Source of the DNA: Felis catus
Taxonomy: Eukaryota
NCBI RefSeq assembly: GCF_018350175.1
Contig: NC_058368.1
Coordinates: forward strand, 190,280,001-190,344,000
Length of the DNA: 64,000 nucleotides
Direction: 5' to 3'
Under the pieces are notes generated by a model, which worked only from the letters and a program-made list of their open reading frames with translations, searched no databases and was not told the origin of the DNA. Position 1 is the first letter of the stretch, and every line of letters begins with the position of its first letter. The position numbers and the translations under genes are program-made. Shown piece by piece: positions 1 through 13,457 of this stretch.

Positions 1-19
1 TAGTGGACCCATCTGAGCC

Positions 20-256
20 TTTTTTTTTAAATACAGTAAGTGAGAGAGAGCACATGTGTGCACATGTGCATGTGAGCAAACAGGGGAGGGGCAGAGGAAA
101 AGGGAGAGAGAGAATCTCGAGCAGGGTCCATGCCCAGCATGGATGTGGGGCTTGATGTGGGGCTTGACACAAGGTTCCATCTCATGACTGTGAGATCATG
201 ACCTGAGCTGAAATGAAGAGTGGGATGCTTAACTCACTGAGATACCCAGGCTCCCC
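20..256 (-). mobile_element. CAN-SINE (older SINEC)
   Basis: Reverse-complement tRNA-like head, (GA)n and poly-T; ctgagc(c/t)ttt on both flanks. Confidence 0.85.
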
Positions 257-739
257 TACCTGAGCTTTTGAGTATCATACAACAGAATGGTATTTTATAC
301 ATCAGCTGATTTTATACATCAGCTCTTGTAACTTAACTAGTGGAGGGATGGCAAATAGGCTTCATCTCTTGTGCAAGCTCTGATCAGTTCATCACAGCTG
401 CCTAAAGATGTGCACCTGAGCTCAGTAGGTAAGTGTGTCACTATCTAAAAGGGATGTCAACCCTGAGTTCAGGCACCGGGAGGGAAGGGCAGCAAGAGTG
501 CCTCCTTCATCTGTCTGACCCTTCATTTTAAGGAAAAGGGATCTGAGATCCAGCCTGGTGAGGAAACTTGCCCAAGGTCATGCCCTCAAGTCAGGGCAGG
601 AAACCTGAAGCCAATCAATGGATTTCACAGCCCATGATTATGTTCCCAGATGGTACATTTTTGAGTTCTTACACAGATATCCCCTGAAAGTAGACAATAT
701 TAAGTGCAAGGATAAAACATTATCATACTGGGTATTTTA

Positions 740-802
740 TTTTTATTTATTTTTATTTTTTTTGAGATCATTTGAACTTTTTTGTTCAGGAAGACAGAAT
801 AT

Positions 803-837
<35 letters not shown>

Positions 838-884
838 TTTTCTAATATGAAATTTATTGTCAAATTGGTTTCCATACAACACCC
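740..884 (-). mobile_element. Severely 5'-truncated feline L1 3' end with a second tail (probable 3' transduction)
   Basis: Minus strand GGGTGTTGTATGGAAACCAATTTGACAATAAATTTCATATTA, then (AAAT)n, 37 nt unique sequence and an A-rich tail; exact 17-bp TSD tcatactgggtatttta at 723-739 and 885-901. Confidence 0.8.
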
Positions 885-1574
885 TCATACTGGGTATTTT
901 AAATATACACAGATATATACTTCTAAATGACTGGATGTTTGGGAGTCATTTTATTCCCTAGCTGCAATTCCATAATCTGAAAATGAAACTGATAGTATAT
1001 AAATAGGGCTCACAGACTGTTTTGTTTGTATAGTATAGGTTTTTTTTTTTTTTTAATGACTTAAAATACCTTCAGGAGGAGGAATACACCTTTTTATTTC
1101 CCCTGGGTTCCACCATTCCCTATTGCTTTATACTCTGTTGGAATTTTGAGTTTGCCCCCTCTATCATAAAGGATGAGATTCTGATTAAAAGCAAAAAACA
1201 AACAAAACTTTCCAGCCCAGTGATCATTTGAAATGAATACCTATTTTGTCCTAAAGGCATTGACTATAAAAAAATTGAAAGAATTTTATTTAGGCATATT
1301 TCATATATGCTTCATTGCAGCTCAAGTGTTCTTGGAACTGATGACCCTTCTGTTGGCTGAGAGAGGGGCTACTAACACATACTTGATCAAAACCAGTCTC
1401 AGGTTGAGAGACTCTTCATAAAATGACCACTCTTCATTGCAGAGTCTATTAGAATTTCAGCAACACATAACTTGACCACATATGAACTAATAAGAGCCCA
1501 AATGTGTTAATAGAAGTCTTCATTAGCTAATGTTCTTCAACCCTGGTATCATACATTTAGTGAGGACTTCAACA

Positions 1575-2830
1575 TTTTTTTTTATTTTTACATGATTTCA
1601 AATGTATAGAAAAGCTATAAAAATACTATAAAAGAACTCCCTATACACTTGACCCAGATGAACTAATATTGACATTTTCCATATTTGCTTTACCATTCCC
1701 TCTGAATAGATATATATTTTTTCTGAGCCACTTGAGAATAAACTTTACAAAGACTTCAGTATGTATTTATTTCTAAGATGTGGAATATATGCATATATGA
1801 ACATAGTACAATTGCCTAAATCAGGAAATTTAACATTGGCACACTACTGTTACCTCATTTCAGACTCTATTCAAATCTCAATGGATGTTCCAATGATATA
1901 TTTTGTCTCTTTAATTTTTTTTTTTTAATTACTCAAGATCCAATCCAGGATTACTAGTGCATTAGTCAGCACTCATCTCCTTAGGCTCCTTCAATATGAA
2001 CCAATTTCTCAGCCTTTTGTGTCTTTTATGATATTAACATTTTTTAAGAGCACAGGGCAGTTATTTTGTAGAATATCTTGCAATTTGGAGTTGCCTCTTA
2101 TTTCTTCGTGATGAAATTCAAATTAGGCATGTTTGGGTGGGAATATCACAGAAGTGATGTTGTGTCCTTCTCAGTGCAACACATCAGGAGACCCGGGATG
2201 TCTGTTTGCCCTGTTGTTGATGTGAACTTTGATCACTTGGTTAAAATGAGGGCCTACCAGCTATTCCCACTTTATTGCTGATGAGTGATTTGTGAGAACA
2301 TACTTTGAGACTATGTAAATATCAAACTTTCGCCTCACTAGTTGTGATATTCATTGATGATTCTTGCCTGAATTAGTTGATACTTTGAGTTACAAATGGT
2401 GATTTTTAAACGTGATCTTACCTTGAACATTCATTAGCTGGCATTCTATTTATTTATTTGTTTGTTTATTTACCTATCAAGCTATCTGTTACTGATTCTT
2501 ATTTTATCGATGGATTATAATCTATTACTGTCATTATTTATTTTGATACTCAAATTGTCTCAGATTTGTGCAGAAGGAACAATTTTAAGCTGACTTCTGT
2601 GCCCACTTGACACATCTACATGATTAAAATATTTGGGGGGGGCAATAATTCTTTACGTTTGGGTGCAAGGTGTTCCAAGTTCATCCTGTTTTTTCCCTGC
2701 ATCAACTCTGAATCCCCAGCCATTTTTCCAAGAACTCCATTTTAGTGGGCAGTGTTATTTAGAAAGGAAGATCTGTGAACACAATGTTGCTGTGGTGCTG
2801 TTGCTTCTGGGCCTTTCAGCAGCTGAGCAA
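1575..2830 (-). mobile_element. Old L1 (L1MC/L1ME-like) 3' region
   Basis: T-rich antisense L1M 3'-UTR-like sequence; boundaries approximate. Confidence 0.55.
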
Positions 2831-3329
2831 GGGAATATACATACGTGGTATCCACTACAATTGGGTTTTATTAAATGTCAAGTAGTTCTGTTAAAATTAT
2901 ATCCATGTGAACCCTTCTATAAACAATGGCTTGAAATAAACAATACAAGCTAAGCAGATATTTAATACCCATTTGTCTGTTATTTTGGTATTGGAAGTAT
3001 TGTCTTAGAGCATGTTTTAAGTAAGTTTGTATTTGATCCAGTCTTCATAGTATTTTTTTTCTCCTTAAGTAAGACCAAGATTCCTGGAAGAATCTTTTCC
3101 TTTCACCACAATCTTCATAGGTATCTTAGAATCATCTCTTTGATAAAAGGGGAGGTGAGTGCATATATCTTCCCCTTCTCCTATTTAGAGTGTTCCTCTA
3201 CTGTGTATTTAGGGATCAAAGTACAAGAAGGAAAAAAATCCTGGTACTTTTACAATCAACTAGTAATTTACTCCTAATCTAAGGAGGACTTTAGTACCAT
3301 GTTTTTAGAAAACAAATAAAATATCTTAC

Positions 3330-3395
3330 TCATAGGTTTCCAGGCTATTTGGAGACTTTTCCACCAGATAACTGCTTGGTACATATCCTTCATGC
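3330..3395 (-). CDS. ITK: ITK coding exon 7 (66 nt, end of SH3); gene continues beyond the left edge
   Basis: (G)HEGYVPSSYLVEKSPNSLETY(E); acceptor cttaacag, donor GA|gtaaga. No SH2 or kinase exon recognised in 1-3329. Confidence 0.96.
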
Positions 3396-3629
3396 CTGTT
3401 AAGAGGGAAATTAGTGTTTAGACCATTATAGGACTAATTTTCACTTCTCCATTTTATAGGTTATTCAATCCACTAAAAGTCTTTTAAGGTAGGGGATTCT
3501 TGCATTATTTGGCATTCATAAGACAATTTAAAGTTTTAGAATAAAAGAATGGCTAAAAAACCCAACAATTTGCTATCTGTCAAAGGCAATAAATTTCACC
3601 ATTAATATATGAATCATAATAAATAAAAA

Positions 3630-3833
3630 TTTTTTATGTTTATTTTTGAAGGAGAGAGAGAGAGCATGAGCAGGAGAGAGGCAGAGAGAGAGAGGGAGAC
3701 ACAGAATACGAAGCAAGCTCCAGGCTCTGAGCTGCCAGCACAGAGACTGATGCGGGACTCGAACTCACAAACCTCAAAATCATGACCTAAGCCAAAGGCA
3801 GATGCTTCATGGACTGAGCCACACAGGCTCCCC
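3630..3833 (-). mobile_element. CAN-SINE (SINEC_Fc2-like)
   Basis: Full SINE body; degenerate TSD tgaa..ata.taaataaaaa on both sides. Confidence 0.9.
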
Positions 3834-6069
3834 TGAACAATAGTAAATAAAAAGTGGCTATTTTACTTAAAAAGATGTTTGTTGCTCTCCTCATTGTGAA
3901 ATTTCCTCTGATGGAAAAAGGTCTCTATTTTCTCTAAGGAAACATTTTTTTTTTGGGGGGGGGGGTGTGATAGTATTTTTTCCACTTTAGTGCTTCAATT
4001 TTATATAGTCAGGAAACCAAAATAATTAAAATATAAAAAATCATTTTCCAACCACAGGTCCCAAAAGATACTGCCACTCAGCATCATAAGCTTTTAATTC
4101 AAGGACTCCCTAATGTTTTTTTGTTAATTCAACTCCTTCAGACTCAAATGGTAAAACACGAGAAAAAAGAATAAAGTCACGCTGGATTTGGAGGTGGGAC
4201 TTTCTTTTGAGCAGGAATACATATTTGTGCATAAACAAAGACATGGTAGATAAAGAGACCAATCGGCACCTCAAAATACTTTACATTTGTGCATAACTTT
4301 GTATTTTTCAAAATAATTTCACATATATTATTGCATTTAATGCTACAAGGTGCAAACAATGTTTCTTCCACCTCTGGGCCTCGGGCTCCCTAAGTGTACA
4401 ATGAGGGACCTGGATTGCACATAAAATTCCTCTAGAGTCTGACAGTCTATAAAAAGTTGCCTAAGAGTTTCTTGCTCTTTACTTCATAAAGTATTTTAAT
4501 TTTTGTATAACAAAGGCATTTTTCAATTTAGTGATTATGTTTACTGCGGAATGTGTAATCTATTTCACAGAATCGTTTTGGGGAGTGAAGATATCAAGAA
4601 CAGGGATGTCAAATATGGGATGATTATCTCATATCTTGTGCCCATGGCTGACACTGCTAGTCAATCGTGGCATGCTTCCTTTGGAGAATTGAACATCCAG
4701 CTTCAGAATCATCCTTAATGTGGTGCTCAAGGCAGTCTGGGGCAATTGATGGGGGTCAAGTCATTCTAAAATTTGCTATTTCTCTTCTATCTATCTTTTC
4801 AAATCCCTCTTAATTATGTCTGGTTTTGCCACACCATATGTTTACAATTATATGAGTAGGTCAAATACCACTTTTGCTTTGAAATAGAATAACTGTGTTC
4901 TAATATGCCAGCCACATAATATTATGTGCTAATAGTATCCCAAATGGTAATTCTCTTCACTTGGATGTGGATGTAGAATTTGCAAAGCACCTTTCGCGTT
5001 TATCATCTCATTGATTTCCTCAACAATGTGAGATACGCAGAGCTGACATTATCGTCTGCATTTTACACAGAAGGAAATGGATCCACAGAGGTTAAGCGCC
5101 TTTTCCAAAGACATACAGCAAGACCAGCTGATGCTGAAGTCCAAGTCTTCTGTCTCCAGATCTTGTGTACTTTCCACTATACTGCACTATTACAAAGTAT
5201 ACTGGGGAAATTCCCAAAACACCAGTTAGACTCTAGGGTGTCCTCTTTGATGGTCTTTGAAGTGCAGAGCTGAGCATTTCCAAAGGCCACTGAGCAAAGG
5301 GTAAGCTGTCATTTGGGGAAATGCAACCTAGGAGAAGAAATTTCCTGGCACATCAGGTGTGCTAAATAAATGCCAGTTGATTGAGGGAGTGAATTTCTGA
5401 GTAAATTCCTCTAGTGTCTGTAGAAACAGACTGTCTTAAACCTGTTTCTGATATGAGCCTCCTTATAATAGGCAAAGAGAAGGTGTTGTGGCCGGGCCTC
5501 ACTTGCCTACACAAGTCGGCTAGAGAGGGAGGTTCCACATGAAGTGCTTTGGGGTCTCTTCCCAGCTAGCAAGCAACACTGTCTCCCAGGGCACATCACA
5601 GTTTTTGAGCTAACTATATTTGACACCCCTTCCTCACTCCCCCTGCAGTGGCATCAAAAAGGATACTTAAAGAGAAGGCGCTTTGACAAAGAAAGTTTTG
5701 GTGCATGTAAACAGTAAAGCCTTAACCCTAAAGATATTTGTGTGCCTCTTTTTGAACTCATCAGATTAGCTTTTTTTTCTTTTTTAAGGTTAGCGATACC
5801 CAGTGTTGACACTCCCACACCCTATTGGTGGGTAGTGGCAATGTAAGTGTGGCAACCTTTCTGAGGGAATTATCTATCAAAATTGAGACCTACTCTGACT
5901 CAACAGTTCCATAATTAGAAATATGAAATACATATTTTTTCAAAAGAAAAATATATTTTCAAAAAATACATATATTTGCAATTTTTTTTTTCAAAATATT
6001 GCCCAGAAACATGAGTATGAGCAATATGAGTTCTTCACTGAGGACTTGTTTAAGATAACAAACAAAGAT

Positions 6070-6193
6070 GGGCACCTGGGTGGCTCAGTCGGTTGAGCAT
6101 CCAACTCTTGGTTTTGGCTCAGGTCAAGATCTCACAGTGGTGGGATCGAGTCCCACGTCAGGCTCCGCGCTGTCAGCATGGAGCCTGCTTCTG

Positions 6194-6249
<56 letters not shown>

Positions 6250-6309
6250 TCCCTCTCTCTTTCTTTGTTTCTCTCTCTCTCTCTCAAAAATAAATAAACT
6301 TAAAAAAAT
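6070..6309 (+). mobile_element. CAN-SINE with long (CT)n, inserted in old L1ME-like sequence
   Basis: gggcacctgggtggctcagtcggttgagc head, (CT)n, aataaa and A-tail. Confidence 0.92.
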
Positions 6310-7668
6310 ATAACAAAGAAAACAAATACCCGGAAACTAGATGTCCCACCATTTCAGATTATTCAACTACTTACCATATAAACATACCTTCCAAAACCAT
6401 GCGATTATTTTAAAAATAAGGTAGATTTCTATGTGCTGAAATGAAACGATCTCCAAGATATATTACTGAAGGTTAAAAGCAAGGCGAAGAGCAAAATCAA
6501 TCACCTTAGTGCAAATGAAAAAAGGATGCATCTGTGTATGTATAACTTTTTTGTCTGGGATATACAAGAAACTGTTGATAGTGTTACTTTTGGAATTGAC
6601 ATGAGGACAAATGGAGGGGTGGCTTAGTTTTCATCTATATTTCTCTCTACTTTTATTAAAAAAAAATAAAACAGCAATCTAGGCCATCTAAATGTTGCAG
6701 TGATGGAGTGTTTTCTTTTTATTTTTCTATATTTTTTGTCAGTAATAACCTCATACTTTAAAAATATATAAACCCCTGATATTAATATGCAAGGATGTTC
6801 ATTGCAGGGTAGTTAATATTTGCAAAATATTGGAAACAATCTGAGTGCCTAACAAGGGAATTTGCTAAATTATGGTACACTTTTGTATTGGATTTGTGCA
6901 ATCATTGAAATCATATTCTGGAGAATATTCCAGGGCTTGGGTAAATAACCTCTGACATATTAAAAGGAAAACCTAAAGCCTTCATAAAGCAGCATGGATC
7001 TGATGCCTTAAAACTAAGCACTAGTATCTAAGTCATGTACATCTCAGAGCATTCTGAAGGTTAAAACAGCAATTTTGTTGTATTTCTGATCAGAGAAGGG
7101 CTCATAAGGTTTTTTTTTTTCCCTTCAAAAGTCTCATAGTGGGCATTTGGTCTTTGCACAACTTAACTTTCTCCGTGGATCATTTAGATGGCTAGTTGAG
7201 ACAGTTAGTGTAGCTAACTCTTTAGTATCTTCTTCCTGATGCCTCTTAATATAACCACCAATCTGTACCATCTCTACACGCCTTTTCTTTTCACTGAAAA
7301 TAGACACTTCACAATGGAATGTACCTTCAGTCTCATCTGAACACTCAAGAACAATAGTGCTTCCATGTGGAACAAGCTGCCAATCTCCTACTCTGTGGAT
7401 GTCAGTGAAAAAACTCAGGGAATTTTTAGATGGGCTTGGGGGCTGGGGGTGCTTAATAAGGGCGCATAGCAAATGACTGTCTCTGGCACTTCTGAGAAGT
7501 AGAAAAACATCTCTCAACCACTTCTTCCTTCCTCTTCCTTCTACCTCTGCTTTCCTCTCCTAACTCAGTGCAGTGGGCCTGCTGACAGAAGCAGGACAAA
7601 TTGTCCCAGTGTTTTCTGTATCCCCACCTCACCCCAAGCACTGAGACAACCACCACAAAGATGCCTTA

Positions 7669-7884
<216 letters not shown>

Positions 7885-9299
7885 TCAATAAGTCCTGAAA
7901 TGGTAACTTGCTCCTGGATCTAGGCCAGGTCAACACATGAATTCCTATAATCCACTGGGTATTCGCTGAAACCATCTGCCTTCTCTAGTTGGCTTTCTTT
8001 TATGAGTTAGGGTTATGGTGCTGAATGTGACACAAAGACACTCAGTACCTGGAATTCATTGCCCTCTCATTCTGTGTGGTGAATTCTGACCACAGTGAAT
8101 TCCAAGCAGTCACATGCTTTTCACACAAGTCTGCTGGTTGCACGTTGCAGACTCTTTGCCGGAAGCATCATATTCTTGGTGAAAGTGATGCAGTGAACAC
8201 TAGGTTATTCAGTCCATGCCTTTCTGATTTGATTTGTGGGTTTGTCCAGATCCGGAGGATCATAGACTATCAGAGCTGGAATGCCTCTGAGAGATCACTC
8301 AATCCATTCTTTTGTTAAGAATGCAGAAACTGAAGCCCACATGAAGAAATGGATATGGCCAAGCTTACCACATGAATTAGTCTTAAGGCTCTCTCTACTA
8401 TAGCACATGGGCTCCCTTCTTCCATTTAGGGGCTCTCTTGCCTAAGTCTCTACTTCTCAGTACCTTTTTAAAGCCGACATAGTGAAGATGTGAGGAAGAG
8501 ACTATAAAGCAAACAGTTGTGAACGTTCAGGATGGGCACACTTGCTACAGGTTGGCAAGTCTTGGGAGACAGTAAATACGGAAGAGATTGAGGTTACTGG
8601 CTAGGATGAGATTTGGCATTGGGAAGCCAAAGTTTCTACTTTCACATTGAAGCCTTTGATGGTATAAAAATCCTGGAGATTTAGAAAGAAAAGCTTGTCA
8701 TGGTGATGTGGTATGTCACCCCAGCTGAGCCTAGATTAGGATTTGAAGTCTCAATATCTGTGGAGCTCACGAGGTGGTGTATTGCAGTACTGAAGATAAG
8801 AATCATTGGGACTGAGGCTTTCACCTGAAGAGCTAATGGAGGAAGGAGTTAAATTGAAGGGCACCTGAAGATAAAGGAGGGATATGACATGGTATTCATC
8901 CCATTATAGGACCAACTGATTGATCAATCACTATGAAAAGAAAGGTCAGAGCAGGGTTCAAAAACCATGGTGGTACATTTCTATAGGAGGCATCTTGGAC
9001 AGCTTTGGGGGCGATTTGAATGTCACAAAGGTTTAGGAGTGCTGCTAACATTTAGTGGCAGAGGGCCAAGAATGCAAAAATCTCTGCAGTATCCCATATA
9101 CTGTAAAACTTCTAAATGTCCCGTTAGACATTCATGTGGTAAGAAACCTGCTTATAATAAGAATGGACAATAGTACTCTGAGCCTAGATCCTACCTCCAC
9201 CCTATAGGTGGGACTATGGGCGAAACCATCTGCAAACCAGAGCTGGCTTCCCTAGAGTGGGCTTGGTATCACCTAAGTCTTGTAAATCAGTAGATTAGA

Positions 9300-9500
9300 G
9301 GAGTGTTTTTCCCACTTCAGTGTGCCATAGAATCACCTGGAGGTTTATTAAATTGCAGGTGGCTGGGCCCCTCTCCCAGAGTTATAAATATAGTAGGTGT
9401 GGGGAGAATCTACACCTACTGAGAATCTACAGTGTATTTCTAATAAGCTCCCAGGTGAGACTGATTCTGCTGGTCCAGGGACCACACTTTGAGAACCACC
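9300..9500. mobile_element. MER5A-like hAT-Charlie MITE
   Basis: agaatcacctgg...ctcccaggtga...ggaccacactttgagaaccac signature. Confidence 0.75.
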
Positions 9501-10135
9501 ATGTGAGTTAAAGCCCACCATCTCAGAAGCTCTGCTGCCTAGTAACTTACCTACTAAGTTGCTGAATGGCCTTGGAAAAGCCTCAAAACCTCCCTTGGGA
9601 CTTGACGTCCCAAGGTTTAAAATGAGAATGAAACTATAACCCTCTGAAGTGGCTAGAATGGAGAGTGAGGGAAGGAGGCCTTCTCTGTATGTATAAGTAC
9701 ACTCACACACACACATAAAGATATAGATATAGATATATATCTTTGAAATAGATAGTAAAAGTATGGAAGTACTTAGAAAAATATAAAGTATTATCAAAAT
9801 TAAGGTATGGAGCAAACACATCATTTTTCATAGATAGCTGTTATTGTACCCTAAAGTGGTCAGGTGGGGGGATGCACAGTTTGGTACAATAAATTTTTGT
9901 TGAGTGAATAAAGTGAACTCAGGATTTAGTAACTGAGTGGTCCTTTTGCATAAACTGACCCATGAGACAGGTCCAAGAAACCCAGGGTGTTCATTTCGGC
10001 TGAATTACTACAACCTGCTGTATTTGCCCAGGATATGAGAAATCTGGGGGTGGGGGGAAATGCAAAGGGGACATGGCATTCAGGCAGTTGCAGCACTGGG
10101 CGCCCATCATGCCCAGAGCTTGAATCCTCACTCAC

Positions 10136-10176
10136 CCTGTTGTCTTCAGGAGTAGGAGGAAGAGGCTTCTTTGAAG
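10136..10176 (-). CDS. ITK: ITK coding exon 5 (41 nt, proline-rich region)
   Basis: (A)SKKPLPPTPEDNR, the SH3-binding KPLPPTP motif; long pyrimidine tract ending catttcag, donor AGG|gtgagt. Confidence 0.96.
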
Positions 10177-10743
10177 CTGAAATGAGAAAAACAGAAAAAG
10201 AAAATGAGTATGAAACTGAATGTGCCCAACCGGAGGTGAAAAGTCAGGGGGCTTTTCAGAGAAAAGCAGCCCTTAGGAGAACAACAGAAGAAAAGAGCCA
10301 AGAAAGAAGGAGATGATAAGACACAGAGAAATGAAAACCAGCCTTATAGAGCCAGTTTTTTTTTTTTTTAATCTCTTTTGGCCTCTCGGTTCCCCATTTC
10401 ACTTTCTAGAAGATTCCAGAAACTTCTAGAAGTTCATATTTAGTATTCCCAGGAAAAGCCTAATCCAAAGGTTGCTACAGAGGCATTAGGCTTGTGTCCT
10501 TCTCTGTGGGCCAGGAGACCTCCACAAAGGCACCTACCACCTGCTCAACCCCGGAGTGGGAATTGGTGACTCAGGGTAACAGTGAGTCACTGGCTTCTTG
10601 AGGCAGCCGTGGGCTTGGGGAGAGGGTGGGTGAGGTGAGGGGTCATTGAGTTATTTTTTGGGAGGGCTGGAATCTACTTTTAGTTACATTAACACTTCTG
10701 AGCATGTGTTCTTGCTGCCTTCTCCAAACAACACACACTCAGC

Positions 10744-10745
<2 letters not shown>

Positions 10746-10787
<42 letters not shown>
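10746..10787. repeat. (CT)n microsatellite, about 21 units, in a long pyrimidine tract
   Basis: Directly visible. Confidence 0.95.
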
Positions 10788-10791
<4 letters not shown>

Positions 10792-13089
10792 GTGTCTCCA
10801 TGTCTCTGTCGCTTTACCTCTCCTCTATGCCTTCTTTTCTCCTTTGTCCTATCTTCTTTAACTCTCTTTTCTTCTCGCCTTCCTTTCATCTCTTCCTCTC
10901 TGTCCTTCAGTATTTTTCCTTTGAGGCACTGAAAAGGTCAGGCCTAGAATCAATAGACCAAGGTCGAATATCTGGGAGTATGTGTGGCATGGGAGGCAGC
11001 ACATAGGCTTGTGCTCAGTTCAAGGATTATTTAATAATTAGAGATAAGACAGGAATAGGCTCCATAAGTAGGTGGTGAGATCCTCATCTCTGCATGAGAT
11101 TGACTCATTGCATGAAGTTGATCCCTGCCTGAGTTGGACAGTAACTGTCAGGATTGCGAGTAGAGGAGACCCACACAGTGACATGGGACCCCACCCCCTG
11201 TGCTAACACTTTAAGCACGGGCAGGGTGGGGTATTGGCTTGGCTTTGTGATTAACTGAGAAGAAGAAAACAAGCATAACGGGAAGCATGGTTCCTATTCA
11301 ACACTCAACTCAGGGCACCAAGAGACTGATGTTCTAACCCTAGCTCCACTGGGAAGGAGCTGTGTGGCCTTGGTCTCCTTCCAGCCCTGAACATTCTGCA
11401 AGGGTATCTCTTCCTCCAGCCTTGCTCTCCCCTTCTTTCCTCTTCCTCTGTGTGAATTTGGTATGTAGTGACATCAGGGCCAGTTCTGGTTGCAGAAATG
11501 GATGGGGTATAGCAGGGTCCATTTTTTACCCAACCACCTCTGCTGTTTTCCAGACATACACATACATGCTGCTATATTTCAGCTTCATATTCTTCTGTCC
11601 AAAAATAAAAAAGACTAGTAGGTGCAATTGCCATTTATTGAGAGATAAGAAAGTGCCAGCAAATGTGCTAAGAGCTTTCCACGACCCCATTGTTGCAACA
11701 CAAATGCAGGACCACTAGCAGAGTGACTGTATGGCAGTTAGGCCTGAGTGGGAGGAGTTCAGCATGACCAGCTCTCTCCAACTGTCATCTTGGTGCATCA
11801 TTCAGATGTTCCTCACACCTCAATCATATGTCTACCACTCAGTGGAGGGGAGCGCTGTGTACCCTGAAGAGGGACAGCTGCAAAATGCACGGTGAAGATG
11901 GAAAAATGGAAACACAGATTCAAAGAATTTCAGAATTGACAAGGGACTTAGAGATTATTTCATCTTAGGACCCCTAAAGCTTCCCCTAACATTTGAGAGA
12001 TGAGGACATTAGGGCCCTTGGGGGCCGAGTGACTGATCCAACAGCCCACAGCCAAGTGCTGGCAGGAATCTGGAGACCAGATCTCTGGCTCTGGAAATGG
12101 CTTTCACTCACTGGGGAAAGCCCATGCCATCTCGTTATTGTGATGGATTCCACCCATATAAACCCTTCTGTTTCTTTTTTATGAAATACTCTTTATGAGT
12201 ACAGACCATAGGGTAATGCCGAAGATCACTGACTTCTAAAACTAGGTATATGTTGTTCCTTGGGGCCATGGGATTGGTAACTTTAAACTTTCTCTCCTAA
12301 GGTGGAGGGTGAGAAGTGGTGGTTTTTAAAGTGGTACTAAGAGGGGCTGTGACTCAGGAAGCCACGGAAAACCCAGCCATGGGTTACATTTAGCACATCC
12401 GCCTTGGGTTGTCAATCCGAGGTAGTAGGTTTTAGTGCAAAAAAGAAACTGACAGATGAGAAAAGGTGGCTAGGGTAAGAGAGGTTGAGAAGAGGGGAGA
12501 ATGGAAGCAAAACAATTCACACAATCCATCATTCCTATTCAACAACGCCTTTACAGAGCACTTCTCCCTGTGTGACCTTGAGCATTCCAAACTGCTCAAG
12601 GCGTTCTGTTTCTGTGACCTCACACATCTACCCCAGATGACTGTGAGGAATGCGAGCACATCATGTGTAAAAGTGCATGCAAGTGAAGTTGCACTTCATT
12701 GAAAGGTCAGGTCCCAAAGCCATCACAGAAGAGAAAACCGAGTTACACACCGATCGTGAGTTCCAGAGCCTTGGACCTCCAAGGACCAGAAACAATGTCT
12801 TTTGTTTTCATTTTGTATTTAGGCCATGGCCTCCTTTTCTCTGAGGTTATGGAGATAAACGGCAAATTTGAAGGGGACGCAGTGAAAAGCCACAGAGTAC
12901 AATAGACAGCTTTTGATTTTACTTTCTTCCCCTCCAAGTGTATAAAGTTGAGCTGGTATAATTAAACATGTCTGTGACGTGGTGCTACTGTAACAAATAG
13001 ATAATATTCTATACGTTTGAGGCTTTCTCTACAACTTGAGATTTAAGTAGACCACGCCATTCACATTTTCTAACTTGCGGGTTATATAG

Positions 13090-13252
13090 TAGTGCTTCCC
13101 AAACTTACTTTGCACACAAATCTCCAGGGTATCTTGTTAAAACACAAATTTTGATCTGGCACCTGGGATGGGGCCAGAGAATTTACATTTCTAACTAGCT
13201 TCCAGATGATGTTGACACTACTGGTCCAAGGACCACACTTTTAGTAGCAAGG
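13090..13252. mobile_element. MER5-family MITE
   Basis: cttgttaaaacacaaatt...ttccagatgatgttgacactactggtccaaggaccacactt. Confidence 0.7.
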
Positions 13253-13457
13253 AGCTATGAAGACATAAGGTTTGAAGTGGAAACAGATCAACAGACTAGT
13301 GTTAGAGGCGGATGATTTCCCTCCAACAGTTCTGAAGATGCAGAATTTTGTATTCAATCCTCAACACCCGTAATGATGGGAAGCTGAGAGCTTTTACTTC
13401 CTCCTGCTAGAGAGGTCGGTCATTTTACAAGAAGAAAGGGAATTCCCAGTCTCTTAC

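Noticed and set aside
292..325. Short tandem duplications (also about 34779-34830, 46088-46126, 53899-53925) and a 9-bp hairpin at 35755-35777
   Set aside because: Ordinary slippage or chance events; no regular repeat-spacer array, so not CRISPR-like.
9348..9824. 158-aa minus-strand ORF with a hydrophobic N-terminus
   Set aside because: Built from AT-rich simple repeats and a MER5A-like element.
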